Below, piece by piece: positions 1-11,643 of a DNA stretch of 25,293 bases. The stretch covers positions 1 through 25,293 of the forward strand of contig CAZAPD010000045.1 in the NCBI GenBank assembly GCA_964487115.1. Reading direction: 5' to 3'. The stretch comes from an uncultured Thermococci archaeon (GTDB lineage: Archaea; Methanobacteriota_B; Thermococci; Thermococcales; Thermococcaceae). Each line of letters begins with the position of its first letter. Position 1 is the first letter of the stretch. Below the pieces are notes generated by a model. The model saw only the letters and a program-made list of their open reading frames with translations. It did no database searches and was not told the origin of the DNA. A program made the position numbers and the translations under genes.

Positions 1-1
1 C

Positions 2-367
2 ATCATCGAGCTGATGCGCTACTTCGACGGGAGCGAGCTCCAAGGCCTTTTCATCGGGGCTTACCTCAAGCTCCTCAACTTCGATAAACTGTACCACCTC
101 TGGAACCTCTCCGCGATGCCCCCGCTGGAGGGGTGGGAGACCAGCTGGAGGGCGTGGGAGGAAGCTCTCAAGCCCGAGGTTCCCAACATCGGCTACAACG
201 TCGTGACGAGGGCAACCCTTTACGTCGGGAAGCGCGACCTGAAGGGAGGGCTGAGGAACCTGATAGGGCATCACAACCTCGACTGGGCCGTCGCTGATAC
301 TGGCCACATACCGGGCGAGGTTCACGGGGACTGGGAGAACCCGGAGTGGTGTGAGCACAGGCGGTAA
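2..367 (+). CDS. 3' end of a conserved Thermococcales protein, possibly GH57/polysaccharide-deacetylase-like (5' truncated by the window)
   Basis: Frame is open from the window edge (atc atc gag ctg atg...), codons are GC3-rich, and it converges on cca with a 1-bp gap. The family is only a weak recollection of the C-terminal HHNLDW...HGDWEN segment. Confidence 0.5.
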   Translation: MIELMRYFDGSELQGLFIGAYLKLLNFDKLYHLWNLSAMPPLEGWETSWRAWEEALKPEVPNIGYNVVTRATLYVGKRDLKGGLRNLIGHHNLDWAVADTGHIPGEVHGDWENPEWCEHRR

Positions 368-368
368 A

Positions 369-1733
369 CTACTTCAGGTTCCATTTTTCCCTGCTCAGGA
401 ATAGGTAGGCCTCATCTTCCAGCTCCTTCGGGACGTAGTCTAGGGTTATCTCGGCGTTTCTGATGTTTTCCCTGATGCTTTTCCCCGTGGCGACCTGGTT
501 CTTCTCCAGGAGTTCAGCGGTGACCTCCACTATGTCATCCTTCACGGTCTTTTCCGCGAAGAGCCTCTTTCCGACGAGCCATACTCTTTCGTTCTTCAGG
601 TAGAAGTCCCTGCCCCTCTCGGTAAAGAACTCCGGGCCGGGCTTTATCGTTACCCTCTCACGCTCCCTCCTGTCAACCTCCAGCATTATGAACGCCTTGA
701 CACTTTTACGCCCGACGTTCCAGCCGAGGACATTGAAGCCCTCCCGTGAGAGGGCCCGCTCGAAGCCCCGCGCGCTCCTCTCCAGCTGGGGGAGCAGAAC
801 ATCGTCCACCAGTTCAGGAGCATCAAATAGCAGGGCCACGAGGTGAGTTCCCTTTCTCCGAAGTTCGGAGAGGTAGTTGCCAATTTTCCTATCCGTCGGG
901 AAGAAGAACTCCCCGGAGGGGTTCTCCAGGAACTGGGTCGATTTGAAGTAGAAAATTCCGTACTTCTCCCAGCTCAGGTTCGCCGCCACATTCCTCCTCG
1001 GATCGACGGGGTCTATGACTATCAGCGGCCTGTCGGCCTCGGCCTCACGCCTGACGGTTTTCATGGCCGTTTCGTGCTCCCGCTTTAGCCAGTTCCCGGG
1101 GTCTATTACCTTCTGCCTCAGGATGAAGTCGGCACTCTCAAGGACTTTGAGGAACGAGCCGTACCTGATGACGAGTATCTCCGCCAGATAGCCCGAAAAA
1201 CCGCGAACATATATCTCGCTCCCGTAGGCGTTAATCCCCTTCAGAAAGCGCTTGAGGAGCCTGACCTCGTCGTTTCTGCCCCTCAGGTTCTCAAGAATCC
1301 AACGGTTGTGGAGTATCGAACGATCAACTGCGGTTCTCACGTCCCTCCAGCTTTTCACATCGTAGCACGGCACGAGGTCAACCTTTACCCCCCTATAGCG
1401 CGCCCTGACGTAGGGATGTTCCGCGTAGGCCACCTCGCGGGAATCGAGCCTCTCCGCTATGGCCTTGGCGAGCCTCAGGCCAGCTTCGCGGAGCTCTTCC
1501 AGGGGCGTGTCGAGAGGAAAAGCAAGGAAGAGGTCAACGTCGTGGTCTCCTGCCAGATAGGTGTCCTTTGCGAGGGAGCCGACGAAGTAGGGCTTAACGT
1601 CGAGGTCGAGGTTTTCAATGGTATCCCGCGCAATCTCTTCCAGCTCCCTCATCAGCCCCTCAACGAAGGCCCTCTCCTCCTCGGTGGGGCGTATCCTCTG
1701 AAGGACTTTTTGAAGAAGGGTTTCGACCTTCAT
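369..1733 (-). CDS. cca: CCA-adding enzyme (class I tRNA nucleotidyltransferase)
   Basis: GSLAKDTYLAGDHDVDLF (GS..DxD), AEHPY, DLVPCY, GFSGY and DPVDPRRNVAA motifs. Start moved to ATG 1733 (MKVETLL), which is preceded by an AGGTGA RBS. Confidence 0.97.
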   Translation of the reverse strand: MKVETLLQKVLQRIRPTEEERAFVEGLMRELEEIARDTIENLDLDVKPYFVGSLAKDTYLAGDHDVDLFLAFPLDTPLEELREAGLRLAKAIAERLDSREVAYAEHPYVRARYRGVKVDLVPCYDVKSWRDVRTAVDRSILHNRWILENLRGRNDEVRLLKRFLKGINAYGSEIYVRGFSGYLAEILVIRYGSFLKVLESADFILRQKVIDPGNWLKREHETAMKTVRREAEADRPLIVIDPVDPRRNVAANLSWEKYGIFYFKSTQFLENPSGEFFFPTDRKIGNYLSELRRKGTHLVALLFDAPELVDDVLLPQLERSARGFERALSREGFNVLGWNVGRKSVKAFIMLEVDRRERERVTIKPGPEFFTERGRDFYLKNERVWLVGKRLFAEKTVKDDIVEVTAELLEKNQVATGKSIRENIRNAEITLDYVPKELEDEAYLFLSREKWNLK

Positions 1734-1760
1734 CAACTCACCTAATTGATAGTAGGATAT

Positions 1761-1782
1761 CAAAATATTTATATATCTTTTG
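1761..1782. promoter_or_regulatory. Bidirectional BRE/TATA element for cca and the AAA ATPase
   Basis: Near-palindrome CAAAATATTTATATATCTTTTG centred in the 75-bp divergent gap. Confidence 0.6.
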
Positions 1783-1808
1783 TTTGTAAATTGTCAATTG
1801 GTGGTGGA

Positions 1809-3128
1809 ATGGAGAACCTCACCGTAGTTCAGAACCCCTGGTGGGCTGACGGAGATGCCATATACCTCGACGAGAGGGTTAAGCGGGCCCTCTCCAAGAA
1901 GCCCCGGCTCATCTATCGCTTTGAACCCGTGAACAAGGTCCTCATAGGCCCAAGGCAGGTGGGAAAGACGACCTACATGAAGCTTTCAATAGCCAGTCTA
2001 ATCGAGTCGGGTGTTAGCCCAAGGAACATAATGTACTTCTCGTGTGACCTCCTTAGGGATTACCGGGAGATCGTTTCCCTGGTAAGGTCATTTCTAAGAA
2101 GGGTGTCCGGAAAGGCCTACGTCTTCCTCGACGAGGTTACGTTCGTTGACGGTTGGGAGAGGGCCATCAAGTTCCTCCTTGATTCCCCTCTCTCCTCGCG
2201 AATGGTTCTCCAGGTCACGGGTTCGACTTCGGCGGGCCTCAAAAGGGAGAGCTTTCCCGGGAGGAACATAAAAGTTGAGGAGTTTCTTCCCCTGGATTTT
2301 CGACTCGCGGCGTCGATCTACGAGCCGGGGCTCAGGGAGATAGAGCTCCCCAACATGAGGCCTCGAACCCCCCGCGAGTTTTACGAGAACTCCCTTGAGC
2401 TCTACCCCTTCATTGACGAGCTCCTCGGGGCCTTTGACCTGTATCTTTCCTCTGGAGGTTATCCCCGTTCAAGTTACGAGCTCCTTGGAGGCGACATCTC
2501 CCCCGAAACGTACGAGATAGTATATAACGCCACCGTCCTCGACGTTGTTAAGCTGGGGCGGAGCGAAAGGATTGCACTCTCCCTGCTCCTCGGTCTGATC
2601 AGACGCTATGGCGATAGGGTCAGCCTCAACTCCCTTGCCAAGGAGCTTGAGATAGGCTCCCATGTGACTGTCCGGGATTACCTAGAGCTCTTTGAGGAGC
2701 TGTTCATCGGCAGGAACTACTTCCAAGTCCGGCTCCACGACATGACGCCCCTCTTCAGGAGGGAGCGCAAGTTCTACTTCCTCGACCCCCTGATCCTCGG
2801 CACATTCTCTCGGCTCTTCGGTGTAATCGTTGACGAGTCAAGGGCTGTCGAGAGCGTCGTGGGGGAGCATCTGAAGAGGGTTTACCCGACTTACTACTTT
2901 CACGGCTCGAGGGAGGTGGACTTCATAGCCGGCAACCTTGGAATAGAGGTGAAGTGGAGGAAAAGCGTTTCCCCCTCGGATTTCCCGAGGGTGGGGGTAA
3001 AAAACAAGCTCCTCCTATCCAAGACCGACCTTGAGTTCGTTGAATCCAAGAATCTCGCGGTGATTCCCGTCCCGCTGTTCCTCTTTCAGCTTCACTCAGC
3101 CAACTCAAACCTCGCGACGGTCTCGTAG
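1809..3128 (+). CDS. AAA+ ATPase, AAA_14 + DUF4143 (COG1373 type) with C-terminal PD-(D/E)xK-like motif
   Basis: N-terminal QNPWW, Walker A GPRQVGKT, Walker B VFLDE, TGS, GGYP, KFYFLDP and EVDF...IEVKW. ATG 1809 follows GGTGG. Confidence 0.9.
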   Translation: MENLTVVQNPWWADGDAIYLDERVKRALSKKPRLIYRFEPVNKVLIGPRQVGKTTYMKLSIASLIESGVSPRNIMYFSCDLLRDYREIVSLVRSFLRRVSGKAYVFLDEVTFVDGWERAIKFLLDSPLSSRMVLQVTGSTSAGLKRESFPGRNIKVEEFLPLDFRLAASIYEPGLREIELPNMRPRTPREFYENSLELYPFIDELLGAFDLYLSSGGYPRSSYELLGGDISPETYEIVYNATVLDVVKLGRSERIALSLLLGLIRRYGDRVSLNSLAKELEIGSHVTVRDYLELFEELFIGRNYFQVRLHDMTPLFRRERKFYFLDPLILGTFSRLFGVIVDESRAVESVVGEHLKRVYPTYYFHGSREVDFIAGNLGIEVKWRKSVSPSDFPRVGVKNKLLLSKTDLEFVESKNLAVIPVPLFLFQLHSANSNLATVS

Positions 3129-3646
3129 ATCGGGCCCTTGGGAGTTAGCGTGCTCTTCTTCAGCTCTATTGCCTCGACATCGAACTCGCCGAAGTCCTCG
3201 TTGGCAAGGTCTTTTAACGCCATCGCCAGCTCCAGCTTGTCCCTCACGAACTTGACCCTGCCTATGGTTATGTGGGCCACGAAGTCCTTTTCCTTCTTGA
3301 AGCCTAACCTTCTCATCTCCCTTTCGACGTCGCTCGCTATGGCCTTTATGCCCTCGTCGTTCTCTATTCCGGCCCATATCACCCTCACGTAGTTCGGGTT
3401 CGGAAAGACGCCGATGCCCTTAACGCGAACGCGGTGCTTCTTGTGCTTCTTCGCTATCTCCTCCAAAGCTTTCTTGACCTCCTCTGCTAAATCTTCGTCG
3501 ATTTCCCCAAGGAATTTCAAAGTCACGTGAAAGTTCTCCCTTTCAACGAACTTTACCCTTGCAGCTTTGCTCCCTATCCTCTCTTGGGCCTTTAGAAGGT
3601 TGTCCCTAACCTCGTCGCTAACCTCTATAGCTATGAATGCTCTCAT
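3092..3646 (-). CDS. thpR: RNA 2',3'-cyclic phosphodiesterase (2'-5' RNA ligase, 2H family)
   Basis: MRAFIAI start, two HxT motifs ([14 protein letters not shown]), C-terminal [10 protein letters not shown]. Confidence 0.96.
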   Translation of the reverse strand: MRAFIAIEVSDEVRDNLLKAQERIGSKAARVKFVERENFHVTLKFLGEIDEDLAEEVKKALEEIAKKHKKHRVRVKGIGVFPNPNYVRVIWAGIENDEGIKAIASDVEREMRRLGFKKEKDFVAHITIGRVKFVRDKLELAMALKDLANEDFGEFDVEAIELKKSTLTPKGPIYETVARFELAE

Positions 3647-3780
3647 GTCACCACCGGGAAAAGTTGGAAATAGGAGGTTAAAGGAGTTTCCCCGGATAAT
3701 TCAAGACTTAAACGTTAATCATCACTATTACTAAAAGCAACATTCAAATGGAAATCTATAAAGAGAAAGAAAATAGAGAG

Positions 3781-3960
3781 TCAATGAGTAGTCTGGTTTT
3801 CACGGTAGTTCACCTTAGTTGTGCTGCACTGTGTATTGCCCAAGTAGTTGCCATATACAGGGGCTACATAATATGCCTTTTAGATCCATCTTAAGTATTA
3901 TCGCTCCCAACTCCAAAGGCTGCGGTCGCTACACCTGTTGCCAGAGTTCCTCTTAGAACA
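3781..3960 (-). pseudogene. Possible frameshifted 3' remnant of an unidentified gene
   Basis: Minus strand gives protein-like segments in shifting frames (GTLATGVATAAFGVG / AIILKMDLKG / AYYVAPVYGNYLGNTQCSTTKVNYRENQTTH*), followed by a T-rich tract. Confidence 0.25.
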
Positions 3961-4025
3961 AATGGAAAGGAAAGCCGGGTAAAAGAGCTGTATGATAGTG
4001 AAATCAGGAGACTTAAAAACAAAAC

Positions 4026-4487
4026 CTACTCCGTTACCACTACAGGAAACTCTTCCCACGGGAAAACTATCCATTTATCTGTCCTGAAAACATAGAAGTC
4101 AGGCATTACCTTTGTCCATGGCTTAACTGCAAGGCATGCTATTTTTATTTCAGAAGCTCTTAATCTTTTCACTTCATCGATAACAACCTCAAGGGTCTTT
4201 CCAGTATCGCTAACATCATCGACTATAACTACCTTTTTTCCCTCTAAAGAGCCATGAATCGGTATCATAATCTTCGGCTTTTCCATTCTTTCCTCAATAT
4301 CCTTGTAAAACTTGACGTCGATTATCTTGAGTTCTATATCTCCGAGGATATGACTAAGTCTTACAGCAGGGATCAACCCCCCACGTGCTATTCCGATTAT
4401 AACATCTGGATTATAGCTTCTTAATGCATCAGCGAGTGCAAACATGGCTCTATCTGTCTGCCACCATGTGAGATAAACTTTATCCAT
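4026..4487 (-). CDS. Purine phosphoribosyltransferase (HGPRT/XGPRT-like, type I PRTase)
   Basis: GIARGG, PRPP-binding loop VVIVDDVSDTGKTL, WIVFPWE. GGAGGTGA RBS. Confidence 0.92.
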   Translation of the reverse strand: MDKVYLTWWQTDRAMFALADALRSYNPDVIIGIARGGLIPAVRLSHILGDIELKIIDVKFYKDIEERMEKPKIMIPIHGSLEGKKVVIVDDVSDTGKTLEVVIDEVKRLRASEIKIACLAVKPWTKVMPDFYVFRTDKWIVFPWEEFPVVVTE

Positions 4488-4576
4488 GTTCTCACCTCCT
4501 TTGTATGCTTTTAGATTAAAAAGAAGAGCTTAAAAACTCAACGTTTACAAATTTTTGTCAAAATTGGAAAGAAGAA

Positions 4577-7321
<2,745 letters not shown>

Positions 7322-7379
7322 TCATTGGATACAGTTGCATATCATAGTAAGAACATCAGTAAAGAGAAGTCAGGATTTC

Positions 7380-7398
7380 GGGTAAATATACCTTACCC
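7380..7398 (-). promoter_or_regulatory. Putative nrdJ promoter: TATA-like core inside the inverted repeat GGGTAA-N7-TTACCC
   Basis: gggtaaatataccttaccc, about 80 bp upstream of the nrdJ start. Confidence 0.4.
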
Positions 7399-7490
7399 AT
7401 GAAGAAGTTGCCAGAGTGACAAATAGTGTAATGCAACTCCGTCGCATTAATAAGAAAAAGAAAACTCCAAATGTCGGATATTTTATCCAT

Positions 7491-7925
7491 TTACAGGCTC
7501 TCATACATTATTTTAAGTCTGTATGCATGTTTGAGCTCTTCTCCAGCCATCATTTGAAAAATTTGGGCCAATGAACCTTTTAAAATTCTCTCTAACTTTG
7601 TATATAACTCATAAGAGTGTTTTTCCCTCACAAGAGCTTCAAGAATTAAATCTTCGAGACTTTCCGGCATGGCTCTCTCATCGGAGAAGAATGGTTCTAA
7701 ACTCAGGACATCCAGATAATCAATGATCGCAGTCCCCTCGAAAGTTCCTTCACTCAGGAAGCCCTCAATGGTTTTTCTATGTCTCAGTTCTTCTTCTGCC
7801 AACCATCGGAAATGATCAATAAAGGTGGATGCTTGATAAACAGCAAATGTTTCCCCAAGTTTATACAGGTTATAAAGCTCATTTTCCTGCCAGATAATTT
7901 TTTCAAGGAGCTTCTGAAGCTGCAT
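7491..7925 (-). CDS. Ferritin-like (rubrerythrin family) diiron protein
   Basis: Two E..Y / EExxH repeats (ENELYNLY...EELRH; EKHSYELY...EELKH). GAGGAG RBS. Confidence 0.85.
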   Translation of the reverse strand: MQLQKLLEKIIWQENELYNLYKLGETFAVYQASTFIDHFRWLAEEELRHRKTIEGFLSEGTFEGTAIIDYLDVLSLEPFFSDERAMPESLEDLILEALVREKHSYELYTKLERILKGSLAQIFQMMAGEELKHAYRLKIMYESL

Positions 7926-7931
7926 TCAAAT

Positions 7932-8498
7932 CTACTCCTCTTTGATCAGATTTCCTATAAACTCATGCAAGTTTTCTTCAACCCTAACGCGTCTGTAGAA
8001 GTTATATTGACCTATCAAAAATTCGTAGTGTTCTTTCTCGTCCCCTGCCAAAGACAGGAAAATTTCCCTGTACCTCTCATCGTCAAAGCTATCAGCTATG
8101 GATTCATATATCCTCTCAGCAAGCTTTTCAGAGTAGATTGCAATCTCCAGAACCTCAAGATAGTCACCGACGGTTTCTATGTCATGTTTGACTTCGTCCA
8201 CCCATGTTGAGGAAGAAACCTTGGGAAGTTGTCTATCTGGAAACAGCTCACTGAAAATTGTGAGAATTTTCTCTCTGTGCTCCTCTTCACTTTTGATGAA
8301 CTGCCTGAATCTTATTTTCGCGTGAAGCTCCTCGATTTTTTCCGAAAGCATTGTGTAAAGCCTGATAGCATCCTCCTCACCCTTAATTGCATAACCTAGT
8401 AACTGCTTAAGGGAGAGCTTTATAAGTTCTTTCAGAATCATGCTAACTCTTTCTTCAACCTTTCCATCAATATCGATGTTCTCCATGGGAATCCCCAT
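7932..8498 (-). CDS. Ferritin-like (rubrerythrin family) diiron protein
   Basis: AIKGEEDAIRLY...EEEH and EKLAERIY...DEKEH. No rubredoxin domain. The start could be 8486. Confidence 0.88.
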   Translation of the reverse strand: MGIPMENIDIDGKVEERVSMILKELIKLSLKQLLGYAIKGEEDAIRLYTMLSEKIEELHAKIRFRQFIKSEEEHREKILTIFSELFPDRQLPKVSSSTWVDEVKHDIETVGDYLEVLEIAIYSEKLAERIYESIADSFDDERYREIFLSLAGDEKEHYEFLIGQYNFYRRVRVEENLHEFIGNLIKEE

Positions 8499-8526
8499 TT
8501 ATATTTGTGAGCTCAAGGTTAAATAG

Positions 8527-9318
8527 TTAACCAGAACATTTCAGATAATCAAGCAGCTCTCTAATGCTGGGTAAGATCAAATCAGGCTTTATCCCACTTT
8601 TCTCAACATCTTGGAGGTTGTTGACTCCTGTAAGAACCATTATTGCCTTGGCTTTGATTTTTCTTGCAAATGCTATATCAGTATCAAGCCTATCTCCCAC
8701 AAACCATACTTCTTCTTCATCCAGCTTCTCTTTGACTATCTCCCATACGGGTTCGTAGGGTTTTCCTATTATCAATGGCTCTTTTTCTGTAGCGACTTTT
8801 AGAGCTGCAATAATTGAACCCGCTCCGGGTACTATTCCCTCTTCAGAAGGATACGTAGTATCAGGATTTGTTCCTATGAATTCCGCCCCGTTTCTGATGG
8901 CCAATGTTGCATATTTCAGCTTTTTGTAGGTTAGCTCAGTATCCAGTCCAACAACTACATAGTCTATCTCCTTCCATCTTTCTCCGGCTTCTTCAGGCCA
9001 TATTATCTCCCAGTTTATGCGTTTGATTTCCTCAATAAGCCCCCTCCCACCCACTACAAAGACTCTGCCTTTTTTGAAGTGTTTCTGGAGATAGCGGGCT
9101 GCAGCATACCCGGAGGTGATAATCTGCTCCTCATTAACGTCAATTCCAAATCTCAGAAGTTTTTCCCTGTACATTTTTGCAGTTTTAGTTGAATTATTGG
9201 TGAGAAAAATGAAAGGAATGCCTTTTTCCTTTAAAAAGTTGATAACCTCTTCCGCACCTTCTATAGGAGTGTTTCCCCTGTAGAGCACGCCGTCCATATC
9301 GAATATTATCCCGGTCAT
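8527..9318 (-). CDS. HAD-IIA (NagD-like) phosphatase
   Basis: FDMDGVLY, LTNNS, TNPD, GKP, VGDRLDTDI and VLTGV motifs. ATGA overlap with the upstream gene. Confidence 0.95.
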   Translation of the reverse strand: MTGIIFDMDGVLYRGNTPIEGAEEVINFLKEKGIPFIFLTNNSTKTAKMYREKLLRFGIDVNEEQIITSGYAAARYLQKHFKKGRVFVVGGRGLIEEIKRINWEIIWPEEAGERWKEIDYVVVGLDTELTYKKLKYATLAIRNGAEFIGTNPDTTYPSEEGIVPGAGSIIAALKVATEKEPLIIGKPYEPVWEIVKEKLDEEEVWFVGDRLDTDIAFARKIKAKAIMVLTGVNNLQDVEKSGIKPDLILPSIRELLDYLKCSG

Positions 9319-10022
9319 ATTTGACTCACTGTCGCCAGCATTTTCTTTATACTTTTTAAAGTTTCTATAAGATTGTTTAGATCCTGTTCAATTCCAAGTT
9401 CTTTTGCATTCAACTTAACGGTTACAGTAGTATCTATAGGCACTTCGACTTCTTGATTTATGGGGACTTCGATGACTTTATTAAAAGGCACCTTGATTTT
9501 CATGTTCATAGGTACATTGACGTCGAAATTGAGAGGAACTTTTACAGGGAAGGTCTTATTAACATGAACGAGTACGGTAGTATTTATGGGAACATCAACA
9601 TATGTATCTATTGGAAATGTTATCTCTGTTTCTTCACCGTTGATAACTGTCGTGGTGGTAACGTTCTGAAGTATGTGTGTCCTAACGGTAGTGACGACTG
9701 GGACCTCCACATAGTCATCGACCGGTACATTTAACTCCAACATTTTATTTACAGGAACTGTCAAATTTTCCTTTATTGGTACCTCAAAAACTGTGGAAAC
9801 TGGAACCTTGGCTTTTAGGTTTATTGGCACTTTTATTTTATCTCTAACCGGAACGGTGACTATAATATCCTGGGTCTTTATTTTTTCCAGTGATGAAATG
9901 GTGGCATCTATATTTGATGCAGCCATTGAGGCTCCTTTGTAGGCGATGTACAATTCGGCTAAATTCAAAACTAACAAGAAAATCACAATTCCTGTGAGGA
10001 TCCCGGTTAGTACCTTCCCCAT
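9315..10022 (-). CDS. Membrane-anchored Val-Pro octapeptide-repeat protein (predicted long beta-hairpin), unknown function
   Basis: Hydrophobic N-terminus (aa ~4-29), about 16 xxxVxVP[IV] repeats, central INGE turn, amphipathic C-terminal helix. GGAGGTGA RBS. Confidence 0.85.
   Translation of the reverse strand: MGKVLTGILTGIVIFLLVLNLAELYIAYKGASMAASNIDATISSLEKIKTQDIIVTVPVRDKIKVPINLKAKVPVSTVFEVPIKENLTVPVNKMLELNVPVDDYVEVPVVTTVRTHILQNVTTTTVINGEETEITFPIDTYVDVPINTTVLVHVNKTFPVKVPLNFDVNVPMNMKIKVPFNKVIEVPINQEVEVPIDTTVTVKLNAKELGIEQDLNNLIETLKSIKKMLATVSQI
9411..9869 (-). repeat. Protein-level 8-residue Val-Pro repeat array (aa 52-204)
   Basis: Pro (or His) at aa 58, 66, 74, 82, 90, 100, 108, 116 and 137, 145, 153, 163, 171, 179, 187, 195. 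Confidence 0.9.
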
Positions 10023-10043
10023 AGTGTTATCACCTCCTAATTG

Positions 10044-11033
10044 CTATTTTATTACTTCTATATTAAGTTTTAGGCTCTGAATGGTACCATTTATTGCTTT
10101 GAGGATAAGGTTGGTAGCGTTAGTTTCGGCATAGTTTCCGTCCGGAGGAGCAGGAGGGAGTAAAGGTGGCTTATCCTTAAATAGAAGGAACCAAAGCTGC
10201 CATCTTCCGGGTTTGTCTATGCTAAATGTATAATTTTTTTCAAATTGTGGAGTCCAGTTGCCTTCTATATTCACAGGAATGCTGGGTAATGTTATATTAA
10301 ACCAGCCGGGCATGGGATACATAGCGTGTATTTTAGTTGTGTTTGTTCTGAAGTCATAGGTGAGGTTGACCAGCCATATCTGGACATAGTATGTTACATT
10401 CCTGTGTTCATGATTGACAATTCCCAGAATCACAGTGCCCTTTTCTCCGATGGTTAGGTTCGTTGGATAATCTGCGGCTTTTCCTCCAGGACCTAAGATA
10501 TAAAACTCTGTAAATGCCTCTCCCTGCTTTGGATGAGTTATTACATAGGCAAGTGTCCCAATCGAGGTTAGAATAGCTATTATTAAAATTACGGTTAGGA
10601 CTTTATCGAGTTTGCTTGATTGTTCCCATTCAAGTTCTTTTTTAAGTTTCTCAATGCTAATCCATGGAATCCACGGTTCAAAGGCGTTTATACGGCGGTA
10701 GATTGCAACAGTAGAAAATATAATGTTGAATATCGTCAGGCTAATCAGAATAGGGATCAGCCTAATTCCCCATGGAGTATAATTTAAAGCTAAACCAATA
10801 AGTGGAACAATGGCTATGCTTAATCCAAAGCTTAAGGCCACTCTTTCAAGATTGTCAAGCTCTTTCCTATTTGGGAAAAGGGCAGTTATGAAGACATAGC
10901 CGGGAAAGAAGAGTACAAAGGCTAAACCAAGAGCTTTTCTCAACAGGCTGTGTGGAGTGTACAATATCAAAAGATCGAGGGTGATTGAGAGCAGTATAAT
11001 TATTATTAAATCCCAGTAATTTTTTAGTTTCAT
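10044..11033 (-). CDS. DUF1616 family membrane protein
   Basis: LFFPGY..ALFP...LDNLERVALSFGLSIAIVPLIGLALNYTPWGI, FTEFYILG..GKAADYP and GIVNHE. Many N-x-S/T sequons in the C-terminal domain. Confidence 0.9.
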   Translation of the reverse strand: MKLKNYWDLIIIILLSITLDLLILYTPHSLLRKALGLAFVLFFPGYVFITALFPNRKELDNLERVALSFGLSIAIVPLIGLALNYTPWGIRLIPILISLTIFNIIFSTVAIYRRINAFEPWIPWISIEKLKKELEWEQSSKLDKVLTVILIIAILTSIGTLAYVITHPKQGEAFTEFYILGPGGKAADYPTNLTIGEKGTVILGIVNHEHRNVTYYVQIWLVNLTYDFRTNTTKIHAMYPMPGWFNITLPSIPVNIEGNWTPQFEKNYTFSIDKPGRWQLWFLLFKDKPPLLPPAPPDGNYAETNATNLILKAINGTIQSLKLNIEVIK

Positions 11034-11064
11034 TCAACCCACCACAAATAAAAGCGGAGAGGGG

Positions 11065-11079
11065 TTTAAAATGATTTCC
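11065..11079 (-). promoter_or_regulatory. Internal BRE/TATA for the DUF1616 - VP-repeat - HAD genes
   Basis: GGAAATCATTTTAAA on the minus strand, about 30 bp upstream of the DUF1616 start. Confidence 0.45.
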
Positions 11080-11082
11080 AAT

Positions 11083-11643
11083 TCAGGGTTTCTTAATGAG
11101 CTTCACCTCTATGGGAGTCACATCCTTTATCTCGCCTAAGAGGACAAAAATCAGTGTCAGACCCACAATGACAAGTGCTTGTGCTCCTGCATTCGGTAAT
11201 CTGTTTTTTATGGCATATAAGAACGCTATCAATAAGGTCCACCATCCTATCGCATAAAATGAGGCCTTTCCGAATCTGCGGTAAGCTATGTAAAACGCCA
11301 CAAATCCAAGAACTGGTAGGAAGGTGTAGAGTGTGAAGGCCGAAATTGTGAGCACACCGAGGAGTATAAATTCCTCCTTTGAAGGGCTTTTAAGTTCAAC
11401 ATCCCTGAGGATGTCATCGAGCACTACTATAATAGAAAAAGCTACTGTTACTCCATTTATTCCATCCAAGGTATATATTGAGCCGGGATTAAATGAAAAC
11501 GCAATTATTATGACATATATGTAAAAGATCAGCAGAGCGATATCTCTGCTCTTCAGCGCAACAGCATATATTATTGGTGTCAGGAGGAGTATGTAATTCC
11601 CCGTAAGTATGGCGGTTAAGATTGAAGCTATTATCCCTATCAT
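11083..11643 (-). CDS. Multi-pass membrane protein of the MoxR cluster
   Basis: About 6-7 hydrophobic segments. ATGA overlap with the DUF58 gene. Confidence 0.8.
   Translation of the reverse strand: MIGIIASILTAILTGNYILLLTPIIYAVALKSRDIALLIFYIYVIIIAFSFNPGSIYTLDGINGVTVAFSIIVVLDDILRDVELKSPSKEEFILLGVLTISAFTLYTFLPVLGFVAFYIAYRRFGKASFYAIGWWTLLIAFLYAIKNRLPNAGAQALVIVGLTLIFVLLGEIKDVTPIEVKLIKKP

Noticed and set aside
1746..1808. ORF-track N-terminal extensions of cca (to 1763) and the ATPase (from 1746)
   Set aside because: They overlap each other and the shared TATA element. Downstream ATGs have good RBS motifs.
7491..8498. Ferritin-like genes as a class I RNR beta subunit or encapsulin cargo
   Set aside because: Too short for R2, the RNR looks like the Thermococcales class II enzyme, and there is no encapsulin gene or evident targeting peptide.
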